Source of the DNA: Candidatus Woesebacteria bacterium
GTDB lineage: Bacteria; Patescibacteriota; Microgenomatia; UBA8517
Direction: 5' to 3'
DNA: 64,000 nt
Assembly (NCBI GenBank): GCA_003484955.1
Contig: DMZH01000001.1
Span: forward strand, 87,848-151,847
Shown: positions 38,701-49,026 of the stretch, one piece after another
Layout: each line of letters opens with the position of its first letter
How positions within the stretch are numbered: the first letter of the stretch is position 1
The notes under the pieces: model-generated
Told to the model about the DNA's origin: nothing
The model's database searches: none
What the model saw: the letters and a program-made list of their open reading frames with translations, nothing else
Translations under genes and position numbers: made by a program

Positions 38701-39573
38701 TTATAATTCGTTCTCTTTCATTTCTTCAATCAAATTTTTTTGTTCCTTATTTAATTTTTCAGGAACCAAAACATTGAGTCTTACATATTCATCCCCGCGT
38801 CCTCTGCCGTGAAGGTGGGCAACCCCACGTTCTCTTAAACGCATCATTGTTCCACTCTGGGTTCCTGGTCTGATTCTTAGTTTAATGTCTCCCTCAACTG
38901 TTGGAACTTCAATCTCACCGCCAAGTACTGCCAAGGAAAATGGGATGCCCATTGAAACATAGATATCATCATCCTGTCTCTCAAAAAGTTTATCCGGCTT
39001 GATGTTGATAGACAGAGTAAAATCGCCAAAGCTAATTCTTGCCCCTTCATAAATCCCTGCCGGAATCTTGATTTTTCTTTTTTTGCCGCCGATTGAAACT
39101 TCTTTGGAAACACCTTTAATAGCCTCCATAAAATTTATGGTCATTGAATATCGGGGCGTTTGTTGGGCTTTGCTTCGACCAAAAGGAGAACCACCGCCAA
39201 AAAATGATTCAAAAATATCAAACGGATCGCCAAAATTCATATTCCCGAAAGGGTTTTCACCGCCACTCGTATAAGTGTAAGTAAACGGTCCGCCCTGTCC
39301 GCCAAAACCTGCAAAAGGATTTCCACCGGGAGCTCCGCCGGGAGTAAAGGCGGCAGAACCGTATTGATCAAAAGCAGCTCTTTTTTGAGGATCAGAAAGA
39401 ACTTGATAGGCTTCGTTTATCTCTTTGAACCTTTTCTCCGCTGCTTCTTTATCATCTTTATGACGGTCAGGATGCCATTCCAAAGCCTGCTTTCTGTAAG
39501 CCTTTTTTATCTCATCAGCGGATGCACTTTTTGATATCCCGAGGATATCGTAATAATCAGTTTTTGTGGCCAT
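38701..39573 (-). CDS. dnaJ: DnaJ co-chaperone, class B (no zinc finger)
   Basis: J domain with HPD, G/F-rich linker, C-terminal domain; no CxxCxGxG repeats; lies after dnaK. Confidence 0.92.
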   Translation of the reverse strand: MATKTDYYDILGISKSASADEIKKAYRKQALEWHPDRHKDDKEAAEKRFKEINEAYQVLSDPQKRAAFDQYGSAAFTPGGAPGGNPFAGFGGQGGPFTYTYTSGGENPFGNMNFGDPFDIFESFFGGGSPFGRSKAQQTPRYSMTINFMEAIKGVSKEVSIGGKKRKIKIPAGIYEGARISFGDFTLSINIKPDKLFERQDDDIYVSMGIPFSLAVLGGEIEVPTVEGDIKLRIRPGTQSGTMMRLRERGVAHLHGRGRGDEYVRLNVLVPEKLNKEQKNLIEEMKENEL

Positions 39574-39583
39574 TAAAATGAAG

Positions 39584-41512
39584 TTACTCTACAACCTCTC
39601 CCTCTTCAACCCCTTCAGCAGGCTCAGGACCTTTGGTGCTTCCATTTTGGCCAGCGCCTCCGGCTTTCTCGTCTTTTTTGTCAGATTTATCTCCTTCTTT
39701 TGGTTCTTCAGTTTTCTGATACATAGCTTGTCCAATTTGGGAAAGTGTATCACTCAAGTCTTTCGTTGCAGCTTCAATCTCTTCCTTGTTGGAACCTTCT
39801 TTTTCCAAAACTTCTTTAACTTTTTTAACTTTTTCCTCAACCTGCTCTTTCACTTTTGCGTCAACTTTATCTCCCGCATCTTTCAGAGATTTTTCGGCTG
39901 TTGCTACCATTGCATCAGCGCTATTTTTAGCCTTAATTATGTCTGCTTTCTTTTCATCCTCTTCCTTGTGCTTTTCAGCCTCTTCCTGCATCCTTTTAAT
40001 TTCATCTTCAGAAAGTCCAACTGCTCCTGTAATTTTAATGTTTTGGGTCTTTCCCGTTGCTTTATCTTTAGCGGTAACCGTCAAAATTCCGGAGGCATCC
40101 ATATCAAAAGTAACTTCAACCTGAGGCACTCCACGGGGAGCCGGAGGGATTCCGTCCAAAATAAATGTTCCAAGAGTCTTATTGTCAGCGCTCATTGGCC
40201 TCTCTCCCTGGGTCACCACAATCTGAACCTGGGTTTGATTATCGGCGGCTGTTGAAAACACTTCGGTCTTACTGGTCGGAACCGTAGTGTTCCTTGGAAT
40301 CATTGGTGTAGCCACTCCTCCCAATGTTTCAATTGCAAGGGTTAATGGGGTGACATCAAGCAAAAGAATGTCTTTTACTTCTCCGCCAAGTACTCCGCCC
40401 TGAATAGCAGCCCCGATGGCAACAACTTCATCGGGATTGACAGATTGGTTGGCGCCTTTGCCAAAGAAGTTTTTAACGGTTTCTACAACTTTAGGCATCC
40501 TGGTCATACCTCCAACCATTATCACCTCATCAATATCGTGAACGTCGAGCTTAGCATCTTTAAGACAAGCCTCAACCGGTTTAATTGTTTTTTGGATAAG
40601 CTCATCAACCAAGCTTTCAAGTTTTGCGCGGGTCAGCTTCATTGTCAGATGAAGAGGGGAGCCGTCGCGCTGAGTGATATAGGGTTGATTAATTTCAACT
40701 TCATTAGCAGCGGAAAGTTCTATTTTTGCCTTCTCTGCGGCGTCCCTCACTCTTTGAAGAGCTTGGGAGTCGGCCCTCAGGTCTACTGAATTTTCTTTTT
40801 TGAATTCGGAAACTATATAATCAACAATGACTGCATCAAAATCGTCTCCTCCAAGATGGGTATCGCCATTTGTGGCTTTAACTTCAAACACTCCGTCTCC
40901 AAGCTCAAGTATTGAGATGTCAAAAGTTCCACCTCCAAGGTCATATACCGCAATTTTATGGGCATTCTTTTTGTCCATTCCGTAGGCCAAGGCTGCAGCG
41001 GTTGGCTCATTAATAATCCTCTCGACTTTGAGCCCTGCAATCTCTCCTGCCTGTTTTGTTGCCTGACGCTGAGCATCATCGAAGTAAGCGGGAACCGTAA
41101 TGACTGCCTGATCAATTTTCTCACCAAGATAGGCTTCTGCGTCTTTTTTAAGCTTCATCAGAATTCTTGCTGAAATTTCTTGAGGAGTATAGTTCTTACC
41201 TTCAACTTCAACGTCAGCCATTCCGCTTTTACCGTTAACAACTTTATAGGGAACCATTTCGATTGTCCTTTTAACCTCTTTGTCCTCAAATCTTCTTCCC
41301 ATTAAACGTTTGACTGAATAAATGGTATTTTTTCCATTAAGAATCATTTGGCGCTTTCCAACATCCCCCACCAGATTCTTAACAGGTTCCACAACCGAAG
41401 GTGTGGTGTTCCTGCCGGTATCTCCCGCTGCTATAACTTTGGGGCGTCCGCCCTCCATCACCGCAACACAAGAATTTGTTGTTCCTAAATCAATTCCAAT
41501 GATTTTTCCCAT
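39584..41512 (-). CDS. dnaK: Chaperone DnaK
   Basis: [38 protein letters not shown]. Confidence 0.99.
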   Translation of the reverse strand: MGKIIGIDLGTTNSCVAVMEGGRPKVIAAGDTGRNTTPSVVEPVKNLVGDVGKRQMILNGKNTIYSVKRLMGRRFEDKEVKRTIEMVPYKVVNGKSGMADVEVEGKNYTPQEISARILMKLKKDAEAYLGEKIDQAVITVPAYFDDAQRQATKQAGEIAGLKVERIINEPTAAALAYGMDKKNAHKIAVYDLGGGTFDISILELGDGVFEVKATNGDTHLGGDDFDAVIVDYIVSEFKKENSVDLRADSQALQRVRDAAEKAKIELSAANEVEINQPYITQRDGSPLHLTMKLTRAKLESLVDELIQKTIKPVEACLKDAKLDVHDIDEVIMVGGMTRMPKVVETVKNFFGKGANQSVNPDEVVAIGAAIQGGVLGGEVKDILLLDVTPLTLAIETLGGVATPMIPRNTTVPTSKTEVFSTAADNQTQVQIVVTQGERPMSADNKTLGTFILDGIPPAPRGVPQVEVTFDMDASGILTVTAKDKATGKTQNIKITGAVGLSEDEIKRMQEEAEKHKEEDEKKADIIKAKNSADAMVATAEKSLKDAGDKVDAKVKEQVEEKVKKVKEVLEKEGSNKEEIEAATKDLSDTLSQIGQAMYQKTEEPKEGDKSDKKDEKAGGAGQNGSTKGPEPAEGVEEGEVVE

Positions 41513-41521
41513 ATATTTATA

Positions 41522-41968
41522 TTAATTATTTTTCTTTGAAACTTTCACCTTAGCGTGTCGTACCACCGTTCCGTCTTCAAATTTCCAACCGATCAAAATT
41601 GTCTCTGCTATTGTATTATCACTCGTGCCAGGTACAACTTCAATAGCCTCCATTGTATTTTCGTCAAATGATTCACCTATTTTTGGTTTTATTTCAACTA
41701 GACCCTCTTCATTTAAAACTTTCTTAAATTCCAATATTGATATTGCAAGTCCCTGATCTTTAAGGTGTACTTGCGCACTTTCCAGATTATCAATGACCGG
41801 TAAAAGTTTAATTATTACCCCAACCGATGCTATTTTAATCAAATCCTGCCTCTCTCTGTCAACCCTTTTATTCAAATTATCATAATCAGCCAGCGCTCTT
41901 GCAAGCATTGCCTTAACACTCTCCAATTCTTTGTGTATTTTATCTGTTGTTTTTTTACCTTTTGTCAT
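41522..41968 (-). CDS. grpE: Nucleotide exchange factor GrpE
   Basis: RALADYDN..KR, LLPVIDNLE, GE.FD...EA, VRHAKVKV. Confidence 0.95.
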   Translation of the reverse strand: MTKGKKTTDKIHKELESVKAMLARALADYDNLNKRVDRERQDLIKIASVGVIIKLLPVIDNLESAQVHLKDQGLAISILEFKKVLNEEGLVEIKPKIGESFDENTMEAIEVVPGTSDNTIAETILIGWKFEDGTVVRHAKVKVSKKNN

Positions 41969-41970
41969 TT

Positions 41971-42723
41971 TTACCGATTTACAACTTCTTCAATTAAATT
42001 CCCGAAATATCTCAAAATTGGAATTACTGTTCCATAATTTGCTCTGGCTGGTCCGATTACCCCCAACGCACCTTTCTTACCTCTAACATCAAAGTGTGTT
42101 GAAACAATTCCCGTTAAAGACAATTCCGGAATTCCCAGCTCTTCCCCAAAAAGAACTTCGAGAGGAGAAGCTGACTCAAATCCAAAAAATAACCTGTCTA
42201 GTTTATCAAATTCCTCAAATATGGAAAATAGGTTCTGGCAACTTACTACGCTCGAAAATTCAGGGTTTTGGAAAACGTAGGAGTGACCTGCATACCAAAA
42301 CCTGTCTTTTTTTCCGCCTTGAGCAGTATTTTCTTTGATGGCTGCCACAGCTAAAGACCTTGTTCTGGAAGCCAGCGCATGGGTCGCCTCGTCCATCAAT
42401 TCATCCACATCATCACGTGCATCCCAAACTTCTTCTTTTGCCTTAACCTCGTCAACAACACTCATTTGTTTTTCTTCCATAAGCTGATTTATATAGAACC
42501 TCATCGCAACCGGAGTGGGAATCCTTCCGGCGGAGGCGTGGGGTTGTTTAAGAAAGTTTAGTTTTGTCAAAGATGCCATCTCATTCCTGATAGTCGCTGG
42601 GGAGACGCCAAGATTGTATTTTTTATCGAGTGCCTCCGAACCGACGGGTTCAGCTGTTGTAATATACTCGTCAACTATCGTTTTTAGAATCTGTGTTTGT
42701 CTTGATGTAAGTCCGTCAACCAT
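41971..42723 (-). CDS. hrcA: Heat-inducible repressor HrcA (short form)
   Basis: RQ.QIL..IVDEYI.TAEPVGS, SPATIRNEM, HASAGRIPT, GVIGP.R..Y. Confidence 0.95.
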   Translation of the reverse strand: MVDGLTSRQTQILKTIVDEYITTAEPVGSEALDKKYNLGVSPATIRNEMASLTKLNFLKQPHASAGRIPTPVAMRFYINQLMEEKQMSVVDEVKAKEEVWDARDDVDELMDEATHALASRTRSLAVAAIKENTAQGGKKDRFWYAGHSYVFQNPEFSSVVSCQNLFSIFEEFDKLDRLFFGFESASPLEVLFGEELGIPELSLTGIVSTHFDVRGKKGALGVIGPARANYGTVIPILRYFGNLIEEVVNR

Positions 42724-42745
42724 ATTAAGTAACAGTGCTTCACAC

Positions 42746-42782
42746 TTAGCAGTATGATAGACCGAGTGCTAATGGTTGTCAA
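42746..42782 (-). promoter_or_regulatory. CIRCE operator overlapping the sigma70 promoter of hrcA-grpE-dnaK-dnaJ
   Basis: TTAGCACTC-N9-TACTGCTAA (42746-42772; consensus TTAGCACTC-N9-GAGTGCTAA) overlaps TTGACA-N17-TATCAT. Confidence 0.93.
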
Positions 42783-44506
42783 GTCCCGCTTGGAGTTTCA
42801 GTTGTGGGTGAAATAGGTTCCTGTTCCTTTGAGGGTAGAGGGGGTAATACCCTTTTAACAATAATTTTATTAGCAAGATTTAGGAAATATCTGGCTTCGT
42901 CTACTTTAAAGAGAAGTGTCAGAAGAATATAGATTACAAGGCCTACCAAAAATGTAACTCCGGTCAAAATTATCACATTTCCGGTATAGCGCGTATCGAG
43001 AACGAATTTTTCGAACGGGAAAGTGCTTGTGGCATCAATTCCCCCTAAAAACGAAAGTCTTTTAACCCAAACAGATTTGTCAAAGATTTTAAGCATGAAG
43101 TACATTGCACCTCCGGAAATGATTGTCGCCACAAAAATTTTTAGAGTGTGAGTTATAAACTTTAAGTTGATAATTTCCCCAATTCTTTTATCAATTAGTA
43201 TCATTAGTATTACCGATTCCACTAATACACTTAGCGCAAACGCCGCGGCAAGCGCCCAAACATCCAAATGAAAACCCTTAACCAAGATAAAGTCCCCTAT
43301 AACCAAAATCACAAGTCCGATAAAAGAAACCTTAACCGGAGTTTTTGTGTCATGCAGCGCGAAAAATGAACGGGCAAGAATCGACATTAAAGTTTGGAAA
43401 ACCACCGAAACTGCAAAGACAGAGAGAACTGTTCCTGTCTGCACCGTCGAATTCCAATCGAAAATTTTTGTCCCGTAAATAAGCCTGACAACAGGAACCC
43501 TCAGTGCAATTAATGCAGCAGCGAAAGGCAGTGTAAAAAACATTGCTTGGTAGATTGCAACCAGGAGAATTTTTCTGAATTCCTTTTTATCACCGTCTGC
43601 ATTCGAAAGCATGGGGAGAACAGCTTTGGCGAGCGACGTACCAAAAAGCGTTACCGGAAGAAGTTGTAGCGAATTTGCGAAAGTGTAGTAGGTGTAAGAA
43701 GCCTGAGAAATAATAGATGACAGAAAAAGTTCAGTGCTTTTTCCTATCTGATCAAATGCCAGATCGATAACCCTAGGAAGCGCCAACTGTCCGATTTTTT
43801 TGACTCCATCATCCGGTTTAAAATCCCAAGTAAATCTAAAACCAAGTTTTCGGGAAAGCGGATACTGAATAATAAAATGGGCAAAAGCTCCTATTACAAC
43901 ACCGACTGCCGGGGCGGTTAAGCCAAGGCGCGGTGTCAAAACAACCGTACCCAAGATTATTCCAAGATTGTAAAAGATGGGTGCCAAGGCAGGCACTAAA
44001 AAGCGCCTTGAGGATTCCAAAACACCTGTTAAAACGTAGCTAACTACAAAAAATCCTTGGGCTGCAAAAAGGATTCTGGCAAGAAACGCTATTTCTGCGC
44101 TTCCCGCCGGTCCATAGCCTGGAGCTATAACTGAATAAATCTTTGTCGCAAAAATTCCGACCACCGCAACTGCAAAAAGGAAAATGGCAAGTCCTATCGA
44201 AACAACTTTTCCGGCTAAAAGCCATGCTTTTGAGTCCCCTTCTTTCAGCGTTTTTGTAAAAACAGGGATAAAAGCCGAAGAAAAAGTTCCGAAAACCAGG
44301 ATTTGGAAAATTGCGTCAGGGAGTCTGAAGGCGGCAAAGAATAGAGAAAGCGAATCCGGAGTAAAATAACTTGCCAAAACCCTTTGTCTTACAAGCCCCA
44401 GGATCATGGAAAAGGCGATCATAATCATAATGAGAGTGGCTGCAGACAAAACAGAGTTTTGTTGAGAATTTATAATCTTTTTACCTTTAGCAATCAGATT
44501 TTCCAT
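42779..44506 (-). CDS. murJ: Lipid II flippase MurJ (MviN)
   Basis: S.ILGLVR, AAFRLPD, G.FSSAFIPVF, A..L..LP..LFG, R.FFALHDTKTPV. Confidence 0.95.
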   Translation of the reverse strand: MENLIAKGKKIINSQQNSVLSAATLIMIMIAFSMILGLVRQRVLASYFTPDSLSLFFAAFRLPDAIFQILVFGTFSSAFIPVFTKTLKEGDSKAWLLAGKVVSIGLAIFLFAVAVVGIFATKIYSVIAPGYGPAGSAEIAFLARILFAAQGFFVVSYVLTGVLESSRRFLVPALAPIFYNLGIILGTVVLTPRLGLTAPAVGVVIGAFAHFIIQYPLSRKLGFRFTWDFKPDDGVKKIGQLALPRVIDLAFDQIGKSTELFLSSIISQASYTYYTFANSLQLLPVTLFGTSLAKAVLPMLSNADGDKKEFRKILLVAIYQAMFFTLPFAAALIALRVPVVRLIYGTKIFDWNSTVQTGTVLSVFAVSVVFQTLMSILARSFFALHDTKTPVKVSFIGLVILVIGDFILVKGFHLDVWALAAAFALSVLVESVILMILIDKRIGEIINLKFITHTLKIFVATIISGGAMYFMLKIFDKSVWVKRLSFLGGIDATSTFPFEKFVLDTRYTGNVIILTGVTFLVGLVIYILLTLLFKVDEARYFLNLANKIIVKRVLPPLPSKEQEPISPTTETPSGT

Positions 44507-44579
44507 GTTCTAATAAAATTAGGTGTCAGCGTTCAATTCACTCGCTTACCGATGCAAGATTCGATCTTGAATGCTGTCA

Positions 44580-44608
44580 TTGATATTCTAGCTTCTTTGT
44601 CATATACT
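44580..44608 (+). promoter_or_regulatory. Sigma70 promoter for rpsT
   Basis: TTGATA-N17-TATACT. Confidence 0.65.
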
Positions 44609-44652
44609 AACAACCGTAAAATGATTTCAAATTTTACATTTGTAAAACAAAT

Positions 44653-44946
44653 ATGCCAGTAACAAAAACAGCCAAAAGAGCCCTTAGGGGTTCAAAAAAT
44701 AAAACCCAAGTTAATAAGATTTTGGTTAAAAAGCTTGAGATTGCTATCCGTGTGGCTAAAAAATCCAAAAATAACGAAAAAGTGTTGACTGCGGTTTCCT
44801 TGGCTGATCGTGCCGCAAAAAAAAGGATAATCCACAGAAATAAGGCTGCTAGAATTAAGTCTCAGCTTTCCAGATTGGTTTCTGTAAAGACTGCTCCGAA
44901 ATCGGCAAAAAGCCCCTCAAAGAAAGCCTCCGCAAAGAAAAAATAA
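44653..44946 (+). CDS. rpsT: 30S ribosomal protein S20
   Basis: KTAKRALR, DRAAKKRIIHRNKAARIKS. Confidence 0.96.
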   Translation: MPVTKTAKRALRGSKNKTQVNKILVKKLEIAIRVAKKSKNNEKVLTAVSLADRAAKKRIIHRNKAARIKSQLSRLVSVKTAPKSAKSPSKKASAKKK

Positions 44947-45021
44947 GCTTTTTCAAAAAGAACTTCTTTCACGCTTTTACATGTGCTATATTGATTTGGA
45001 GCCTTTGGTTGTATTTAAATC

Positions 45022-45552
45022 ATGCCCAAAAACAAAGCTATAAATCTACTTCCCCAAGAGGAATTTAATGCCTCAACTGCAGGACGGGTTTTGAGGTGGG
45101 CTACGAGTACCTTCCGTATAATCGTAATTGTTACCGAAATGGTGGTCATGGGAGCATTCTTATCACGATTTTGGCTGGATGCTCAAAATTCGGATTTAAA
45201 CAATTCTATTAAGGTAAAAAGTGCACAAATTTCTTCACAGGCTGATTTTGAGAAAAAATTTAGGGAAATACAAGCAAAACTGAATATTTTTGACAAGATT
45301 AGTCAAGATCAAGACACTTCAAAGGTTATTGAGAAAATCGCAGATAATGTTCCGGAAAACATTATCTTATCAAGAATATCTCTTACAAAAGGAGCCGTTG
45401 AAATTCGCGGATCATCATTTTCTGATTTCAGTATTGTTCAGTTCATCAACAACTTACAAAGCGATCCATTCAAAAAGGTTGAGCTGGGACAGGTGAGTTC
45501 ATCGGAAATCAATTCAGGGGAAACTGTTTTCGTAATTAATATTACATACTAA
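45022..45552 (+). CDS. PilN-like protein
   Basis: INLLP (the PilM-binding motif of PilN), TM, coiled coil, P..I.L..I....V.I.G ferredoxin-like domain. Confidence 0.8.
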   Translation: MPKNKAINLLPQEEFNASTAGRVLRWATSTFRIIVIVTEMVVMGAFLSRFWLDAQNSDLNNSIKVKSAQISSQADFEKKFREIQAKLNIFDKISQDQDTSKVIEKIADNVPENIILSRISLTKGAVEIRGSSFSDFSIVQFINNLQSDPFKKVELGQVSSSEINSGETVFVINITY

Positions 45553-45556
45553 AATT

Positions 45557-46216
45557 ATGGCAACCGGTTGGAGATCATCATATTATCGATATAAAGAGTT
45601 ATTTTTAAACGTTTCTGATCTTTATAAAAAAAGGGCAGATCTTCGGGCGTTTTTGGAGATAGTTTTGTCAATCGTGGCAGTAATTGTGTTTCTGCTTTTT
45701 GCCTTAAAGCCAACTGCTCTAACCATTATTAGTCTGACCCAACAGATTAAGGAGGAAAAGCAAACACTGTCTGTTCTTACGAAAAAGGCTAGCGATCTAC
45801 AAAAGGCCAACACACTCTTGGCACAAAACAGCATATATGAAGACAACATTAATATTGCGGTTTCTTCCACTCCAATCCCGGACATCTTTGCCAAACAAAT
45901 CGAAGGTCTGGCTGTAAAAGACGGTATAGATTTAATGGGACTTGCCATTAATGACGTCATTTTAATTGGTAAAAATAAAACCGTCAGAGTATCCGGTGAA
46001 TTCAAGCCGCTACCGGAAAACGCGAACGAAATGGGATTCTCCATCAGCATAAGAGGCAACTATGCGAATATTGATAGTTTTTTGAGAGATTTTGAAAATA
46101 TGAGAATGATATCGGCAATCGACAGTGTAACAATTAACTCTTCCGTAACGGATGCGGGAAGAGTTATAGTTGCTGTAATTTCAGGCAGGGTTCCATACCT
46201 GGGTAGCAATCAATAA
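45557..46216 (+). CDS. PilO-like protein
   Basis: TM, coiled coil, then I.G.Y..I..FL...E...R pattern; follows the PilN-like gene. Confidence 0.75.
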   Translation: MATGWRSSYYRYKELFLNVSDLYKKRADLRAFLEIVLSIVAVIVFLLFALKPTALTIISLTQQIKEEKQTLSVLTKKASDLQKANTLLAQNSIYEDNINIAVSSTPIPDIFAKQIEGLAVKDGIDLMGLAINDVILIGKNKTVRVSGEFKPLPENANEMGFSISIRGNYANIDSFLRDFENMRMISAIDSVTINSSVTDAGRVIVAVISGRVPYLGSNQ

Positions 46217-46218
46217 TT

Positions 46219-46539
46219 ATGAAGAAAAATTCTCTTCCAAAACCAATAACAATTTTAGTTTTGACTCTTCTCACGGCTATTGTTTGGGTAAGTTTAAATA
46301 TTTACCGCGCAGTTACAGTTAAACCAAACACCACTGTTCCGGAAAATATTTCTCAGTCTTTAAATCCTGTTCTTAACACTCAAGTTATACAAAAAATTGA
46401 GTCTGCTATTTTTCTCCCTGATTCAGAAATTCCTCAAATTTCAACGGGTGGAACCCAAACAGCCGCTCCGACTTCGACACCAATAGCGACACCTACCACA
46501 ATAATTGAAGCGTCACCTAGTGCCTCACCGCAACCTTAG
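46219..46539 (+). CDS. Small membrane-anchored protein with Thr/Pro/Ser-rich tail
   Basis: N-terminal TM, C-terminal PTSTPIATPTT..SPSASP; occupies the PilP position after pilNO. Confidence 0.7.
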   Translation: MKKNSLPKPITILVLTLLTAIVWVSLNIYRAVTVKPNTTVPENISQSLNPVLNTQVIQKIESAIFLPDSEIPQISTGGTQTAAPTSTPIATPTTIIEASPSASPQP

Positions 46540-46541
46540 AT

Positions 46542-47897
46542 ATGATCAAAAAAAGCAAGATCCCCACAATTTTAGGAATACTAATACTTCTTGGGGGTGT
46601 CTTTGCAGGAGTAATTCTTTTAAAAAATACTCAAATATTTAAAATTGGGGCCAACCCCACCGCAATCCCTAAAAACGTCAGAGTGAGTAACCTTTCCGAT
46701 TCTTCAGCCACAGTTTCATGGATTACAGAAGACCAAACAACAGATTTTATTTCCTACGGCACGAGTCCGAATACAAGTACTATTGTCAATGAAAGTGAAG
46801 GGAATCAGAAGTTTTTTACACACAGTATTACAATAACCGGACTCAATCCTGAAACAAATTATTATTTTGAGATAAACTCAAATGGTACGGCTCACGACAA
46901 TAATGGCATTCCGTGGCAATTTTCAACAGGCAAGGCTCTATCCATCAGCCAAGTATCAATTCCAATTTCGGGGTCAGTAATTACGGCTTCTGGACAACCA
47001 GAGAAAAGGGCAATCCTTTACGTTACTGTTGGTGGTTACGTCATCTCCACACTGACTTCAGATAATGGTACTTTTGTTTTACAACTTGGATCAGTACGCA
47101 CCACAGATCTTTCTACTTATGCTCAGACAGATCCTGCCAAAACACTTCTGGAAATTTCCGTAACAACCGGGAGAGGGGAAACGGCGACTGCAAAAATATT
47201 TCCCCAATCGGCCAACCCGATTCCAACTTTGATAGTCGGACAGGATCAGGATTTTAGGAGTTTACAACCTACCGGATCCGGCCAAAACCCGGACGCAGAT
47301 TTGAATCTCCCTGAGGCAGCTACAGCAGAGTCTAAATTTGATGTCTCCAAAATCAAAATCGACTCATCTAAAACTGTAACATTGGACAGTGTAAATGAAG
47401 GGGAAACTGTCACGAGCGACAAGCCTCAATTTTTTGGCGACGGACCAACCGGAGAAAAAATAACCATTACTGTTCATTCCGAAACTGAGATTGCCGGTAC
47501 AACCACAGTTTTATCAAATGGATCATGGAACTGGTCCCCGCCCACCAACCTTTCGGAAGGGCCACACACAGTCACAATTTCCTGGATCGATACTTCCGGT
47601 ATAACAAGAACCCTAACGCGAAACTTTGTGGTTCAAGCAGGAGAACTTCCTGCTTTTGTTGCGTCTTCATCCGCGACACCAACCTCAACCAAATCGCCAA
47701 CTCCTGCACCCGTCAAATCCCCCAGTTCATCACCGGTTAAAACAACACCCACAGCAATATCTACTAGCACTTCCACTGCAACACCGGCTGCTCTGCCACA
47801 ATCCGGAAGCTTGACTCCGACGATTTTGTTATTTATGATGGGATTAGGAGTCTTATCGTTTAGTTTCTATACTTGGAAAACATCCAAAGATAATTAA
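46542..47897 (+). CDS. Surface protein: N-terminal TM, Fn3-like and bacterial Ig-like domains, S/T/P linker, C-terminal LPQSG sorting-like signal
   Basis: NVRVSNL....ATVSW..H.ITITGL.PET.YYF (Fn3-like); G.W.W.P...L.EG.HTV (Ig-like); AALPQSG + hydrophobic helix + K..K tail. Confidence 0.8.
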   Translation: MIKKSKIPTILGILILLGGVFAGVILLKNTQIFKIGANPTAIPKNVRVSNLSDSSATVSWITEDQTTDFISYGTSPNTSTIVNESEGNQKFFTHSITITGLNPETNYYFEINSNGTAHDNNGIPWQFSTGKALSISQVSIPISGSVITASGQPEKRAILYVTVGGYVISTLTSDNGTFVLQLGSVRTTDLSTYAQTDPAKTLLEISVTTGRGETATAKIFPQSANPIPTLIVGQDQDFRSLQPTGSGQNPDADLNLPEAATAESKFDVSKIKIDSSKTVTLDSVNEGETVTSDKPQFFGDGPTGEKITITVHSETEIAGTTTVLSNGSWNWSPPTNLSEGPHTVTISWIDTSGITRTLTRNFVVQAGELPAFVASSSATPTSTKSPTPAPVKSPSSSPVKTTPTAISTSTSTATPAALPQSGSLTPTILLFMMGLGVLSFSFYTWKTSKDN

Positions 47898-47901
47898 TAT
47901 C

Positions 47902-49023
47902 GTGCCCAATCAAAATCAACCTGATCCGAATCAAAATACGCAGCAAAATGTAGGTGGTGGCGTTCCTTTCTCGCCGCAAGCAGATTTACCACCACTTCCC
48001 CCTGAATTTCAAAATATACAAAATGAAGGAGTAGATAAAAATCAAGCTTCACCCGCCGAAGCTCCAACGAATGAGGGTTCAGCAGCCCCACCAGCACCGG
48101 ACATTTCTAATATTGTGCCCTCCCCAAAGAAAAAATTTGGGACAGGGAAAATAATTGCAACAATACTTAGTATTTTCTTACTTGTAGGCGGTGTTGGGGC
48201 AGGAATAATTCTAACCCAACAAAAGCAATTATTTCAACAAAAGGCCGAGACCACACAAACGTGTGAGAGCAAGGGACAAGTGTATTGCGGAGGCTGTATT
48301 AATAGTTGTGTTCCATATGAAGACTTTAATATTGAGGGCCAAACAGTTGGTTGTAATTATCTTATCCAAAAAAGATGCGGGTCAGTTGTTGTTCCTGGAG
48401 AAAATCAAACCTATTGTGATTCAAACGGCTGCACAGGAAGTTCTGCAAATAACTGTGTTGTCAACCGATATCGCTGCGACCGCAACAAAGATCTTAGTTC
48501 CGGGTGCCAGGACATTGTAACCGGTGGTCCAACGTATGACACCCTGAATTTTCAAGAAAGTTGTGGGGCAGAACAGATTGATGTTGCTTGTGGTGGTACT
48601 ACTGTCGATTTTGTCTCAAAAATTTATGCGAATGCCTGTACGACAACAACGCCAACTCCCTCCACACCCACCCCAACCACTCCTACTCCAACCACACCCA
48701 CTCCAAGAACTCCTACACCCCCCATTGTGGCAGCCCCTTACTGCGGGGCAGTTCTGGCGTATGATTCAAGCTGGAAGTCTCTTTCGTCAACCCAGCTTTC
48801 TGCTCTTAAGGAAGGTGATTCTATAAACTTTTGTGTATCCGGCAACACAACCTCGGGCACTTTTGATATGGCACGCTTTACCATCAATGGAACTCAAATG
48901 CCGGATACTACAACCAAAAGACCCAATTCTGTAGATTTTTGTCAGTCTTATACAATTCCCAGTGGCAAAACAACATTTACGATTTCGGCTAAAATACACC
49001 ATTCAACGTTGGGGTGGTTTTAA
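47902..49023 (+). CDS. Membrane-anchored Cys-rich surface protein with PTPT(T/S) repeats
   Basis: Pro/Gln-rich N-terminal tail, TM, 14 Cys in about 130 aa, PT linker, C-terminal beta-rich domain; GTG start. Confidence 0.8.
   Translation: MPNQNQPDPNQNTQQNVGGGVPFSPQADLPPLPPEFQNIQNEGVDKNQASPAEAPTNEGSAAPPAPDISNIVPSPKKKFGTGKIIATILSIFLLVGGVGAGIILTQQKQLFQQKAETTQTCESKGQVYCGGCINSCVPYEDFNIEGQTVGCNYLIQKRCGSVVVPGENQTYCDSNGCTGSSANNCVVNRYRCDRNKDLSSGCQDIVTGGPTYDTLNFQESCGAEQIDVACGGTTVDFVSKIYANACTTTTPTPSTPTPTTPTPTTPTPRTPTPPIVAAPYCGAVLAYDSSWKSLSSTQLSALKEGDSINFCVSGNTTSGTFDMARFTINGTQMPDTTTKRPNSVDFCQSYTIPSGKTTFTISAKIHHSTLGWF
48640..48723 (+). repeat. Degenerate 15-nt tandem repeat encoding about 5 copies of (T/S/R)TPTP
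   Basis: Translation TTTTPTPSTPTPTTPTPTTPTPRTPTPP. Confidence 0.8.
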
Positions 49024-49026
49024 AAT

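Noticed and set aside
39566-40255. 229-aa ORF antisense to dnaK, and other long antisense ORFs over rpoB, rpoC, fusA, ftsK and nusA
   Set aside because: Shadow frames of conserved genes, with Phe/Ser/Leu-rich composition and no motifs. Antisense ORFs on dnaK are a well-known artefact.
44507-44652. Possible tRNA/ncRNA in the murJ-rpsT spacer (hairpin CAAGAT-TCG-ATCTTG)
   Set aside because: No cloverleaf, T-loop or CCA. Divergent promoters and a short murJ leader explain the region.
48640-48723. Possible CRISPR-like or DGR-type repeat
   Set aside because: It is a codon-degenerate Pro/Thr linker repeat with no spacers. No cas or reverse transcriptase gene is present in the window.
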